Assembly: GCA_963848135.1 (NCBI GenBank)
Contig: CAWKCK010000002.1
Coordinates: forward strand, 310,001-374,000
Reading direction: 5' to 3'
Length of the DNA: 64,000 bases
From: an uncultured delta proteobacterium
GTDB lineage: Bacteria > Desulfobacterota > Desulfobacteria > Desulfobacterales > SG8-13
Positions 49,996 through 60,968 of this stretch are shown one piece after another. Each line of letters begins with the position of its first letter. Within the stretch, counting starts at the first letter, position 1. A model generated the notes under the pieces. It ran no database searches. It saw only the letters and a program-made list of their open reading frames with translations, and was not told where the DNA came from. The position numbers and the translations under genes were made by a program.

Positions 49996-52242
49996 TCACG
50001 CCTCTGGTTGTTCGATCTGGCGGCGCAGGCGTATCATCCTCTCGCCGTTAGACGAAGCGATGATCTCCATCTCCCGAAGTTTATCAACGGCGCGTTCCTT
50101 GTCAGTCTGCAGCCGGCTGAGGCGATTTTCCATTGTGACGGTACCATCGTCGAAGATTCGGAATTTATCGGTCAGATTTTCAGCATATCTTTGGGAAACT
50201 TCCTCGACAAGTCTGTGCAAATAAACAAATTTCAGGTTTTCGCGGTAGTTCTTACATTGGAAAAGGATCGATTCTTCCGTCTGTTTCTTCATTTGGCGAA
50301 CGCTCCTCTGAAGCGCCTTGACATAAGAGCGTGCTCGAACGGACGCCTTAATTCGAAATACACTCTTAACGAACTTCAAAACCGAAAAGTATCCCGCATG
50401 GACGAAGGCCTCGGTCTTGATCCTGTTGGAATACTGCAGAAACGGAACCAGGGGCGGCAGGCGAAGGCCGGCGGTCGCCTTTACGGCGTCGATGTCAGGC
50501 GGCTCAGATACTGATAGATGGTGCTCAATGGGGCCCTCAATCTTAAAACCGTTCAGAACATTTCTCATGTCCATAAAACCCTGTTCAACAATGCCTCCGT
50601 AAGGTTCGAGAATTTCCCTCAGGTGCTGGTCTATTTTTTCCTCCTCACCTCTGACGAAATTCACGATTTCCGGGTAGACGGTGTGCGTCATTGTCTCGTC
50701 GAGGGCTTGCTTGAATTCCTGAAAGATCATGTAAACAGTGTTCCGGAACCCATGGATCTCCAAATTTCCCTGGTATTTGTTGAAATCGACCTGGTAGCCT
50801 CGAATGTACCCGAGAAGTTGACGAATCACTGGCCCGGAATGGGTGTCGAAAAAACGATTAACATCAAGGTCCAATTCACTGTTAATTTTCGGTACTGCCC
50901 CGGCAGTCGTACTTTCTATTCCTGTTCTGATCTGCTGCATGCGCTCCTGCTGAGCGGACATGCCATCGATAAGCTTTCGGGTATCACCATCGCTACGTGA
51001 CAGTAGTTCGCGACTCATACTGATCCAGTGCGACAAACCGGCCAGAATGATACCGTGGCGCACGATCTGGCTCTTGAGCATCAACTGATATCTTTTCCGA
51101 ACGAGTCGCCGTTGGAAGAGTTGTTGAAATCGCTGGTACTCCGTTTTTAAAAAACCGGCAAGTTCCGCCTGGTGTTCCCATTGGGACAAACGCATCCGGT
51201 CCTTTTCCGTCAGACGGTCTCTAAGGCTGTCGAATAGGTGGTACAGCGCCGATAATGTGAAGCACTGCGGCTCGGGTATGATTCGATGCAGTTCATTGGT
51301 TACCCTTGTCACTAAGGTTCGAAGATCACTGAGGGATTCATGTTCACTGATATCCGCGTTGACAACCAAAAGGGCACTTTCGCCCAGCCCCATTTTTCGA
51401 ATAATTGAAAGGAACTTGATATCCGCTTCACGCAGGCCGGTACGGCTGCTGACAATATATATGATCAAATGCGCCTGCTGGAGGTAATCCTGAATCATGG
51501 CCATATGAAGCGGATTGGGCGAATCGCTGCCCTGGCAGTCAGCCAGCTCGGTATCACTGTCAAGATGGATAGTGTTGAGATCCAACTGTAAATCTTTCAG
51601 ATAAACCGCCAAAGAATCATCGCCCACATACTGCCAGTGTTCGCTGAACCTATCCATTTCAAAATGTTTAATGACATTTTCCTCAGCCAGGATATCCTTT
51701 ATGCGTCCATATCCGTCAAGATAGTTTGCTATCAGAACGGTATTCATATTTCGCGATCCATTTGAAATCAAATGTTCTATCGACAGGCTTTCAAGCAATT
51801 CATTAAGCGATTCCCGAGAGATAGCATCGCGAATATCGAAGTTGTTCTTATCTGCCAGCGTGTGCGCTGCCGGCATCAGAGTCAATGCCTGGGCGATATC
51901 CCGGTTAACTTCCGTCCACGATTTAAAAACCAATCGGGATATTTGATGCGGTCCGCGGTGGATGCGGGTCACTATCGAGGTCACCACACCCGCCCCACGT
52001 TTGAGGAAATCACCACCCAGCAGGGAGTTTAGAAAAGTACTTTTACCGGATTTTATCGTCCCGACGACGGCGATACGAAGGGTCTCCCCCGATAATTGCC
52101 GTTCTAGCTGCTGGCACGAATGCCTCCAGTGTCCTAACCCATCGGTTTCTGCACCCGGAATGGATGCCCCTTTTTCTATAATCCCGACCAGGTCAGCATT
52201 GACGTTCAACAGTTCTTGTCTGTAATCGTTATAGGTATCCAT
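49996..52242 (-). CDS. Bacterial dynamin-like GTPase
   Basis: G1 GTIKSGKST, LADCQG and VVN.D, followed by long helical regions. Confidence 0.85.
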   Translation of the reverse strand: MDTYNDYRQELLNVNADLVGIIEKGASIPGAETDGLGHWRHSCQQLERQLSGETLRIAVVGTIKSGKSTFLNSLLGGDFLKRGAGVVTSIVTRIHRGPHQISRLVFKSWTEVNRDIAQALTLMPAAHTLADKNNFDIRDAISRESLNELLESLSIEHLISNGSRNMNTVLIANYLDGYGRIKDILAEENVIKHFEMDRFSEHWQYVGDDSLAVYLKDLQLDLNTIHLDSDTELADCQGSDSPNPLHMAMIQDYLQQAHLIIYIVSSRTGLREADIKFLSIIRKMGLGESALLVVNADISEHESLSDLRTLVTRVTNELHRIIPEPQCFTLSALYHLFDSLRDRLTEKDRMRLSQWEHQAELAGFLKTEYQRFQQLFQRRLVRKRYQLMLKSQIVRHGIILAGLSHWISMSRELLSRSDGDTRKLIDGMSAQQERMQQIRTGIESTTAGAVPKINSELDLDVNRFFDTHSGPVIRQLLGYIRGYQVDFNKYQGNLEIHGFRNTVYMIFQEFKQALDETMTHTVYPEIVNFVRGEEEKIDQHLREILEPYGGIVEQGFMDMRNVLNGFKIEGPIEHHLSVSEPPDIDAVKATAGLRLPPLVPFLQYSNRIKTEAFVHAGYFSVLKFVKSVFRIKASVRARSYVKALQRSVRQMKKQTEESILFQCKNYRENLKFVYLHRLVEEVSQRYAENLTDKFRIFDDGTVTMENRLSRLQTDKERAVDKLREMEIIASSNGERMIRLRRQIEQPEA

Positions 52243-52720
52243 GAGAAGAAAACATCAAAGAGAGTAAAGAGCCTCGAAGACACCAGCGGCAATATTCGGT
52301 AGCCGCTTTCGCTTCGCATCCGCCCGGGATAACAAAGGTTGTGCCCCTATTGGTTTTGTGTTATAGATGTCTGTCGGAAGCGGCCTGAAGCAGCTTGAGA
52401 CCATAGCACTCCAATCGAAGTTGATGGTTTGAAGGAAACCGCGATTGATGTCAGAAAAAAGCCCCGAATGCCCCTTATACAACCCCCTTAACTGCAAAGA
52501 ATACTATAATCCAAAACTCTGTGCATTTGTGAGAAAAGATAACATTTGCCGCAAGAAAAAGAAGCCGAAATCTAAAAAGACTTCAAAGCTTAATACATAG
52601 AATTGGGTTTGAAGCTTTCACCGCACAAGGTATACCCATCCCCCGATCGAAAATCATTTCTGGATACGACCGGCCTTCGATGCAACGGTAATTCCTGCTT
52701 CGCAAGCTGATTTCCGCAAC

Positions 52721-53299
52721 TCATGCGTTGCCGGAGGTCGATGAAAGCCACATCGGGTCGAAGCCCATCCGTTTGACGGCCTCATGCCAACGGCTTTCCA
52801 CGGGACAGTGAAAGATCACATCGTCAAGGACGGGGCATGTTAACCAGGCGTTTTCCAGCAATTCCGCCTCCAGTTGACCCGGGCCCCACCCCGCACAACC
52901 CAGCGAGAGGATAACGGCCTCCGGACCCCGATTCAAGGCCGCGGCTTCGACGATGTCCCGGCTATTGCTCATGGCGAGAGTCGCGCTGATCATCAAACAT
53001 GAGTCCCAGGAAAATGGCGGCCCGTGAAGCATGAAAATTTCGCCCATGTGAACCGGGCCACCCATGTGAACCGGCATGAGTGAAGGATTCGGTTCGTAGT
53101 CGATTTCCAATTCCTCGAAGATCTCCCTGCATGTCAGCTGGGTATGAATGCGATTGACAACGATACCGATGGCCCCCTCAGCGTTGTGCTCACAAATTAC
53201 GGTCACCGTCTGGTGGAAGTTGGGATCTTGTAACCCGGGCATGGAAATGAGGTAATGCCCTCTAAGTGATTCCTGAGTGGAAACCATGTTCGCCCCCAT
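52721..53299 (-). CDS. YqgE/AlgH family protein
   Basis: DPNF..TV..ICEH..EGA.G, GGPV and GCAGW.PGQLE.EL..N.WL. Confidence 0.93.
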   Translation of the reverse strand: MGANMVSTQESLRGHYLISMPGLQDPNFHQTVTVICEHNAEGAIGIVVNRIHTQLTCREIFEELEIDYEPNPSLMPVHMGGPVHMGEIFMLHGPPFSWDSCLMISATLAMSNSRDIVEAAALNRGPEAVILSLGCAGWGPGQLEAELLENAWLTCPVLDDVIFHCPVESRWHEAVKRMGFDPMWLSSTSGNA

Positions 53300-53425
53300 G
53301 AGTGATGCGGCTGGACTGATTGCCTATACACACGCCGAAAATAGCCGAATTTACTGATTCTAAAAACCATTGTCAAGCTGTCGACCCACCGATGATCTCA
53401 TTTTGACAGCGGCTGCTTTTTTGTT

Positions 53426-53512
53426 TATACCGCTTCTCAAAAATACATTCCGAAATAGTGATGATACAAGTGGTTGTTAAAAAAAACTTCGAATAGTGGA
53501 ATAACTACGATA
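53426..53512 (+). repeat. Repeat family 1, copy E (decayed 3' end)
   Basis: TATACCGCTTCTCAAAAATACATTCCGAAATA...ACAAGTGGTTGTTAAAAAAAACTTCGAA. Confidence 0.78.
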
Positions 53513-53527
53513 GAGGGTTGGAACAAA

Positions 53528-54859
53528 ATGAAATCTTTGGCCAAAATGCGCGCAGACGCTCAATTCATTTTTTCGGCTGCTCTCGGGGCCGTTGATCCCG
53601 AAACAGCCGTCAAGAAATATTGCCGGATCGATGGGAACCGACTGCACGTGGGTCCCCGTATACTCGATCTCGATTCTTTTGAAAAAATCCATGTGATCGG
53701 ATTCGGGAAGGCCGCTGCTCCAATGGCACAGGCTATCGAGACCTTACTTGAAGGCCGAATTACAGATGGTGTTATAAATGTGAAATACGGTCATCTGGCC
53801 GACCTCAAAAGGATCAGTCTCATTGAGGCTGGACACCCTGTTCCGGATCAAAATGGTGTAAAGGGCGCGCGTCGCATCATGGAAATGGCCAAGTCTTCGG
53901 GCCCCAGCGACCTCGTGTTATGCCTCATCTCCGGTGGCGGATCAGCACTATTGCCGCTTCCTGCCCCCCCACTGTTATTGGCGGACAAGCAAGAAACGAT
54001 TCGTGTATTGATCGCCTGTGGGGCAACGATTCATGAGATCAACGCCATCCGCAAACATATGTCAGCGATCAAGGGCGGCCGTCTGGCGAAGGCCGCGCAC
54101 CCCGCATCCCTTGTCACCCTGATTCTATCGGATGTCGTTGGTGACGACCTGGATGTCATTGCATCGGGACCGTGCGTTCCGGATTCCAGCACGTTTCAGG
54201 ATTGTATCAAAATCTTGAACAAGTACGATATTCGTTCGAATCTGCCTGATACCGTTGTCAGACATATAGAAGCTGGTGCCGCCGGTAAGATTTCCGAAAC
54301 ACCCAAACACGGTGATCCGTTTTTCAGCCATGGAATACAGCTGATTATTGGCAGCAACTTCGATGCCATCAAAGCGGCCAGCATCGATGCCAAGCGAAGA
54401 GGGTATTCTCCTCTGATCCTGTCATCCATGTTTGACGGCGATACCGATGAGGTCTCCCGCTTGCACGGGGCTATTATCAGAGAAGTCCTAAAAAGCGGGA
54501 ATCCGGTTTCACCGCCGGTCTGCATACTGTCCGGTGGTGAAACAACTGTCGTCTTGCGCGGCACAGGGCTTGGGGGTCGTAATCAACAGTTCGCACTAAC
54601 TCTGGCGCCGCATATTATGGGCCAACGTTCCGTCGTCGCTCTGTGCGCCGGAACGGACGGTACAGATGGTCCGACTGACGCCGCTGGGGCGATCATCGAC
54701 AATACGACAATCGCCAGATCTGAGGCCATGGGACTCGATTATTGCATGTTTCTTGATACCAACGATGCATACAATTTCTTTAGCAGAACCGGTGAACTGC
54801 TCATAACCGGCCCCACCAAAACCAATGTCATGGACCTGCGCGTACTTCTTATTACCTGA
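53528..54859 (+). CDS. Glycerate kinase type 2 (MOFRL/TtuD family)
   Basis: GKAA, EAGHPVPD, ISGGGSAL, IKGG.LA, SGGETTV, GGRNQ, GTDG.DG and TGPT.TNVMD. Confidence 0.93.
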   Translation: MKSLAKMRADAQFIFSAALGAVDPETAVKKYCRIDGNRLHVGPRILDLDSFEKIHVIGFGKAAAPMAQAIETLLEGRITDGVINVKYGHLADLKRISLIEAGHPVPDQNGVKGARRIMEMAKSSGPSDLVLCLISGGGSALLPLPAPPLLLADKQETIRVLIACGATIHEINAIRKHMSAIKGGRLAKAAHPASLVTLILSDVVGDDLDVIASGPCVPDSSTFQDCIKILNKYDIRSNLPDTVVRHIEAGAAGKISETPKHGDPFFSHGIQLIIGSNFDAIKAASIDAKRRGYSPLILSSMFDGDTDEVSRLHGAIIREVLKSGNPVSPPVCILSGGETTVVLRGTGLGGRNQQFALTLAPHIMGQRSVVALCAGTDGTDGPTDAAGAIIDNTTIARSEAMGLDYCMFLDTNDAYNFFSRTGELLITGPTKTNVMDLRVLLIT

Positions 54860-55172
54860 CTTCCGCGGAAAAAATGACTGTTTGGTTAAGGAATCGGAGA
54901 GTTTTTCCCGCAAATGCTGAATCAGAGCGGAGGGAATGATCAGCAGCGAAAGCGGGCACTTTCTTAATGCATTAGGCTGCCTGGGGAAAGAACAACGGCA
55001 AACCCGGCTCTCAGATTCAGACCACAAATGGTGAATGGGGCTGAACAGTTTTATTTCATAATGGAATCTGTTCTTTCCTTAGGTTGCGTTATGCATGAGT
55101 TTGCGCGCTGAAATCGCTGATTGCTCCCTCCGCTCCCGGTTAATGAATACACCCAGAGGGCTCATTAAATTT

Positions 55173-55217
55173 TATACCGCTTTTCTAAAAATAATTCCGA
55201 AATACGATAGGTTATTA
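55173..55217 (+). repeat. Repeat family 1, copy F (5' half only)
   Basis: TATACCGCTTTTCTAAAAATAATTCCGAAATACGATAGG. Confidence 0.7.
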
Positions 55218-55311
55218 TTGAGGGATGGCGGTGTGAATCATTCAGGTGTGATCCAGAATAGTGTATTGACGTTTCCCCATAGGCGGGAGAACGTATCTTT
55301 CCAAAAACCCC

Positions 55312-57912
55312 TTATGAACGTTCCTCTATTCCGGTGAGCTCGTACAACTTGAGCTCGCCCAATGCGTTCTGGATATCGTTGACACGAAGATGGGACTGTG
55401 CCGCTCTCCGGGTATTCTCGCCGATAATAATACCGTTGGGATAGGATTTCGTGAGCTCCTGGAGTCTGAAGACCGTATTGACGGCATCACCGATGACCGT
55501 GTAATCCATTTTTTTGTCAAACCCGATATTGCCAACAACCACGTCACCGGTGTGCACACTGATACCGACGTTGACTGTCGTGCCCAATTTTTTTTCAAAT
55601 GACCGGTTAATAGCGGCGACGGCGGCTTTCATCTCCAATGCCGCGTTAGCCGCATTGTCTGCATCATGCACGCTTGATACCGGTGCGCCGAAAAGTGCCA
55701 GAAATCCATCACCAAGGTATTTGTCGACAATCCCGTTGTGCTTAAAGACGATTTCACCCATGACCGAAAAAAATTTGTTGAGCAGCGACACGGTTTTCTG
55801 AGGACCCATCTCCATGGCCAGCTCTGTAAACCCCCTGATATCGATATTGAGCAAGGTAACGGTCTTGATTTCATCGACAACGGTTCTACCGATATTCTCA
55901 CCGTGAATGATTGTATCAAGCACCGCCTTGGGTACGAATTTCTGAAACATTCGGCGCATACCCCGCTCGTGTTCGGCCATCGAAACCGTTTCTTTATAGA
56001 GGCGTGCATTCTCGATGGCAATACTTACCGATGCGGATATGGACTGTAGTAAATCCTCATCATTGTGGGTAAAATCGCCATTAATCTTATTGAGAACCTC
56101 GATGACGCCGATAACTTTCCCCTGCGAAATCATCGGCACGCACAATGCCGACCGGGTTATGTAACCCGTGTGTTTATCAACACCCGAAAAAAAATGCGGC
56201 GATTTCAGGGTGTCGTTAACGATAATCGCCTCACCCCGTGCAGCGACATAACCGGCGATACCCTGCCCCAGTTTCAAGCGGAATTTTTTCATAGACGACA
56301 GCTGCGTATTGAAAGCCACCGCCAATTCGAGGTCGTCATTATCAAGAAACAGCAGCGAACCGGCCTCGACATTCATGAGAATTCTGACCATATCCATGGT
56401 GTACTTGAGGACTTTTTTCATATCAAAAGTCGACGATGCCAAGGCGCTGCCGATCTGTTTGATCGTTTCCAATTCCTGGTTGCGTTTGAGGACGGCCGCC
56501 GACAATCGATTTCGCTCCATCGCTATGGACAACCCGTTGGCTATCCATTCTATAAGATTTTGCATGCCATCGAAAAGGCCTGGTAATTTAGCAGATAAAA
56601 CCAGTACGCCGGTGACGACTCCATCTATGCGCAACGGTGTCAGCAAACAGGTTTTGCGATCTGAATTGCCGAAAAGATCCTTTTCAATGACACAAACTTC
56701 ATCGTCATGTTCACCGCCGATGTCTGTCGGCTCTTTTGGTTCGATGTCGTTCAGTACAACGGTCGTCTCCTGTTTGAGGACTTTTTCGAAAACCGTATCG
56801 GTACTGTCCAGCCAAACCCCTTTGGTGATATTCGTGGGGCCATGGGAAAGCATGTCGAACACCGTCAGGTGAGTGGGCACCTGGCCCGTTTTGGTTAAAA
56901 GAAGGGCCATATCGAACGGAATAACAGCATGCATTTCAGCAAGCACAGCCTGGAGAAGTTCACTGTCTCTGAAGCTGGAGTTGATAATTTTGAAGATTTT
57001 TTCGATCGAGCGCAGCTGCAGGAAGCCGCGGTCATTTTCCTTGAGAAGCCTCAGATTTTCATACGTAAACGCGGCATTGCTCAATAGTGGCGTCAGTGCT
57101 TCGATGTCCTCCTGAGTGTAAACTGTCGTGTCGTCTTTGCGGGAAAGGGTCAGAACGCCAACAATCTCCTTACTGGTTTTAATCGGCATACAGACAAAGG
57201 ATTTGGTGCCGTAATGCGGTAAGTTGGCCCTTCCAAATCGTCGATCTTTTTCAACATCTTTGACAACCAACGGCGATTTGTTGATAACGGCATATTTGGC
57301 AATGCTGGAATCAAAATCGATCCGGTCTCCCAATTTTACGTATTCGCCCAGTCCAACACTGGCCTTGACGACAAACTCCTTGTGTCCCCTCTTATCCACC
57401 GTCAAAACGGATCCCAAATCCGACTGGGTAAGCAAAAGAGCGCGTTCCAAGGTGACATAAAGTATCTCTTCTGGGTCGAAGGTGACGTAGCAGAGTTCAG
57501 ACAGTTCTTTGAGGATTGAAATGTCTGAGGCCTTTTTTTTCAGCTGGCTGAACGTACTGCCGAATTGTTTTTGAAGCACCGAAAAAGACTCGACGATGTT
57601 CTGCAGTTCATCCGCCCCGGTTTTCAATCTATCCCCGGCCATATCGGTAAAAGAATTATTGAGCATTTGGTCGGATATGTTCGTTATCTTATCGAATAGG
57701 CTCCTGAGGATGATAAAACCGACCAGTGAGAAAATCAGCACCCCCATGAAGAAAAGAGGCACGTATCTGTCGGTGAGTAGGTTGTGTTTGTAGCCAAAGT
57801 AAAGGAAACCAAAGACGGGAAAGAGGAAAAATAGACCGAAAATGAGATTAAGTTTGTAGGACAGCTTGTGATTTCGAAGGGAATCTTCTCCCAGCCACTT
57901 GTAAAATTTCAT
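55312..57912 (-). CDS. Membrane-anchored multi-GAF class III adenylate cyclase
   Basis: Two TMs, three GAF-like domains, and catalytic IDIRGFT, DKYLGDG and YTVIGDAVN...RL. The K/T specificity residues point to ATP. Confidence 0.9.
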   Translation of the reverse strand: MKFYKWLGEDSLRNHKLSYKLNLIFGLFFLFPVFGFLYFGYKHNLLTDRYVPLFFMGVLIFSLVGFIILRSLFDKITNISDQMLNNSFTDMAGDRLKTGADELQNIVESFSVLQKQFGSTFSQLKKKASDISILKELSELCYVTFDPEEILYVTLERALLLTQSDLGSVLTVDKRGHKEFVVKASVGLGEYVKLGDRIDFDSSIAKYAVINKSPLVVKDVEKDRRFGRANLPHYGTKSFVCMPIKTSKEIVGVLTLSRKDDTTVYTQEDIEALTPLLSNAAFTYENLRLLKENDRGFLQLRSIEKIFKIINSSFRDSELLQAVLAEMHAVIPFDMALLLTKTGQVPTHLTVFDMLSHGPTNITKGVWLDSTDTVFEKVLKQETTVVLNDIEPKEPTDIGGEHDDEVCVIEKDLFGNSDRKTCLLTPLRIDGVVTGVLVLSAKLPGLFDGMQNLIEWIANGLSIAMERNRLSAAVLKRNQELETIKQIGSALASSTFDMKKVLKYTMDMVRILMNVEAGSLLFLDNDDLELAVAFNTQLSSMKKFRLKLGQGIAGYVAARGEAIIVNDTLKSPHFFSGVDKHTGYITRSALCVPMISQGKVIGVIEVLNKINGDFTHNDEDLLQSISASVSIAIENARLYKETVSMAEHERGMRRMFQKFVPKAVLDTIIHGENIGRTVVDEIKTVTLLNIDIRGFTELAMEMGPQKTVSLLNKFFSVMGEIVFKHNGIVDKYLGDGFLALFGAPVSSVHDADNAANAALEMKAAVAAINRSFEKKLGTTVNVGISVHTGDVVVGNIGFDKKMDYTVIGDAVNTVFRLQELTKSYPNGIIIGENTRRAAQSHLRVNDIQNALGELKLYELTGIEERS

Positions 57913-58223
57913 CAACAAGTTTCCTGTTAGGTCGACCGGTTGTGACCGGCCGGGATTAATATGATATAAGACGCTAAAATTATATATTAAAACCTCCAAA
58001 GCTTCAAGAAAAATGACTTTTCCTAACCCTTGACTTTCCCGTTTTGGTTGCGTTTAGGGCCAAGGTCTGCCAATACTCGGACCTGTTCACATATTTTTCA
58101 TGACCCACCAGCCCGCCGAATTCATGAACATTTTACGGGATATATGCGTCCGAAACCATCTGCACCTATGAATGCCTTGCCATGGGCGAATGCCACCCGT
58201 GACATCTGCAGGATTGAGAAAGG

Positions 58224-60500
58224 ATGTCTGCCTTGGATCACATCAGCCTTATCGCCACAGAACTCGAACTAAAGTCCAACCAGGTCCAGGCCACAGCCGA
58301 TCTTCTCGATCAGGGAGGTACTGTACCGTTTATCGCTCGTTACCGGAAAGAAATCACCGGCAGCCTGGATGAAATTAGCATTACGGCCATTCGGGACCGA
58401 CTTCACCAACTTGCAGAACTCGACGCCCGAAAAACAAGTATATTGAAATCGCTCGAAGACAATGGCCATCTCACTGAGCCGCTGAAAGAAACCGTCCTGT
58501 CTGCAAAATCTTTGGCCGCCCTTGAAGATATTTATCTGCCATACCGTCCGAAACGGCGAACAAAAGCCACAATCGCCCGTGAAAAAGGATTGGAACCGCT
58601 GGCTCTGGAGATTCTCAAGCAGGAAAATCGTGATCCTGAAAACATGGCGATCGCCTATATTGACACTGAAAAGGCGGTGGCATCGATTGCCGAAGCCCTT
58701 GAAGGGGCACGCCACATCATCTCTGAAATCATAAATGAAGATCCGCAGGTACGGGAGCGCCTGCGCGAGCTTTTCTTCAGCAAAGGGATCATCCAGTGCA
58801 AGGTGGCCACGGACAAAGAAAGCGAAGGGGCCAAATACCGTAATTACTTCGACTGGAAAGAACCGGCAGCGACAGTCCCCTCTCATCGCCTGTTGGCCAT
58901 GCGTCGCGGGGAAAAAGAGGACATACTCAACCTGAGTATGTCACCGCCTGAAGAAGACGCTCTCGGTTTGATTGAGGACACCTATCTGCGTGGCGACGGA
59001 CCGGATGCGGCCCAGGTGAAAATGGCGATTACAGACAGTTATCGGCGGTTGCTATCGCGATCAATGGAAACTGAATTACGGCTGGCAACTAAACAGAAAG
59101 CGGATGAGCATGCAATCCGGATTTTCGCCCGTAACCTGCGCCAGTTGTTGCTCAGCCCTCCGCTAGGCCCCAAACGTGTGCTGGGAATTGATCCGGGTTA
59201 CCGAACCGGTTGCAAGGTGGTCTGCCTGGATAGGCAGGGCAAGCTGATGAAATATGACACCGTTTATCCTCACCTGAATGAAAAAAAAGACCGCCAGGCA
59301 GAAGAAACGATCACCGCGCTTTGCAACCGATATGACATCGAAGCCCTGGCCGTGGGAAACGGAACCGCGGGCCGGGAAACCGAGTCCTTCGTGCGTGGCA
59401 TCGACGTTTTGAATAACATACCGATTTTACTCGTAAATGAGAGCGGCGCTTCGATTTATTCGGCGTCAGAAACAGCCCGTCGTGAATTTCCAGATTTGGA
59501 TCTCACCATTCGCGGTGCCGTATCGATTGGCCGCCGTCTTATGGATCCCCTTTCCGAGCTCGTGAAAATCGAACCCAAGTCAATTGGTGTCGGCCAGTAC
59601 CAGCACGACGTTGATCAATCCGCTTTGAAGAAAGCCCTTGACGATGTCGTTACCAGTTGCGTCAACGCTGTCGGAGTGGATGTCAATCGTGCCAGTGTCG
59701 AACTGCTCACCTATGTATCCGGACTGGGTCCCCAATTGGCCGCAAATATTGTTGCCTTTCGAAATGAACACGGACCGTTCGATTCGCGAGCACGATTGAA
59801 GGACGTGCCGCGGCTTGGCCCGAAAGCTTTTGAACAATCGGCCGGATTTTTACGAATCCAAGGCGGAATCGATCTCCTCGACGCCAGCGCTGTCCATCCG
59901 GAAAGCTATCCGGTTGTCGATGCAATGGCGCGAGATCTTGGATGCACGGTGACGGATCTCTTGCGTGATGCCGCCATCAGGAAGAGGATTGACCTTTCAC
60001 GTTATGTCAGTGACCGCATCGGTCTGCCGACCCTCAAGGATATCCTGGCCGAATTGGACAAGCCTGGACGGGACCCGCGTGAGGATCTGACATCCGTTGA
60101 TTTTGCCGGTCACGTTAACAAAATTACCGATCTTCAACCAGGGATGTCCCTTCCAGGAGTGGTGACGAATGTCACGGCTTTCGGTGCATTCGTGGATATC
60201 GGCGTGCATCAGGATGGTCTGGTTCATATCAGTGAAATGGCGGATAAATTTGTCCGCGACCCGTCGGAAGTCGTCGCACTGAATCAAAGGGTAACGGTCA
60301 CTGTCATGGAGATCGATCAGGAACGCAGTCGGATTTCGCTGTCCATGAAGACGATTCCCGGCCCGCGATCAGCGGTGCCTGAAAAAAAGCGCGCCCCGCG
60401 GCCGAAAAACTTTAGAAGTAAAAAGAAAAACCAACACCAGAAAGAACGACCATTTAACAATCCTTTTGCGCAAGCGCTCTCCCGGAGCCCCAAACGCTGA
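58224..60500 (+). CDS. tex: Tex family transcriptional accessory protein (S1 domain)
   Basis: TVPFIARYRKE.TG.LDE, DPGYRTGCK, IGVGQYQHD and FGAFVDIGVHQDGLVHIS. Confidence 0.95.
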   Translation: MSALDHISLIATELELKSNQVQATADLLDQGGTVPFIARYRKEITGSLDEISITAIRDRLHQLAELDARKTSILKSLEDNGHLTEPLKETVLSAKSLAALEDIYLPYRPKRRTKATIAREKGLEPLALEILKQENRDPENMAIAYIDTEKAVASIAEALEGARHIISEIINEDPQVRERLRELFFSKGIIQCKVATDKESEGAKYRNYFDWKEPAATVPSHRLLAMRRGEKEDILNLSMSPPEEDALGLIEDTYLRGDGPDAAQVKMAITDSYRRLLSRSMETELRLATKQKADEHAIRIFARNLRQLLLSPPLGPKRVLGIDPGYRTGCKVVCLDRQGKLMKYDTVYPHLNEKKDRQAEETITALCNRYDIEALAVGNGTAGRETESFVRGIDVLNNIPILLVNESGASIYSASETARREFPDLDLTIRGAVSIGRRLMDPLSELVKIEPKSIGVGQYQHDVDQSALKKALDDVVTSCVNAVGVDVNRASVELLTYVSGLGPQLAANIVAFRNEHGPFDSRARLKDVPRLGPKAFEQSAGFLRIQGGIDLLDASAVHPESYPVVDAMARDLGCTVTDLLRDAAIRKRIDLSRYVSDRIGLPTLKDILAELDKPGRDPREDLTSVDFAGHVNKITDLQPGMSLPGVVTNVTAFGAFVDIGVHQDGLVHISEMADKFVRDPSEVVALNQRVTVTVMEIDQERSRISLSMKTIPGPRSAVPEKKRAPRPKNFRSKKKNQHQKERPFNNPFAQALSRSPKR

Positions 60501-60524
60501 ACCTATCTTGAGGAGCCATATTGA

Positions 60525-60968
60525 ATGCGTGCTGTAATTCAACGGGTTAAGCAAAGCGCGGTCGCCGTCGATGATCGGGAAGTGGCCTGTATCGGAAGCG
60601 GATTGCTTGTCTTGCTTGCCGTGAATCGTGGTGATACGGATAATGATGCCACGTATATGGCCGAAAAAACCGCCGGGTTGAGAATATTCGAGGATGCGAC
60701 CGGTAAGATGAACCGTTCCCTGATCGATATCGGCGGCGAGATGCTGGTGATCTCCCAGTTTACGCTCTACGGCGATTGCCGTAAAGGAAGGCGCCCGTCA
60801 TTTATTGAGGCCGCGCCACCCGATTTGGCCGAGCGACTTTATGATCGTTTCATCTCCGTGGTGAAAGAAAAGGAATTGCGGGTTCAAACAGGCCGGTTCG
60901 GCGCTGCTATGTCGGTGTCACTGGTCAACGACGGTCCGGTAACTCTCATCGTCGAGAGCAGGTCATAA
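60525..60968 (+). CDS. dtd: D-aminoacyl-tRNA deacylase
   Basis: [19 protein letters not shown] and NDGPVT. Confidence 0.97.
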   Translation: MRAVIQRVKQSAVAVDDREVACIGSGLLVLLAVNRGDTDNDATYMAEKTAGLRIFEDATGKMNRSLIDIGGEMLVISQFTLYGDCRKGRRPSFIEAAPPDLAERLYDRFISVVKEKELRVQTGRFGAAMSVSLVNDGPVTLIVESRS

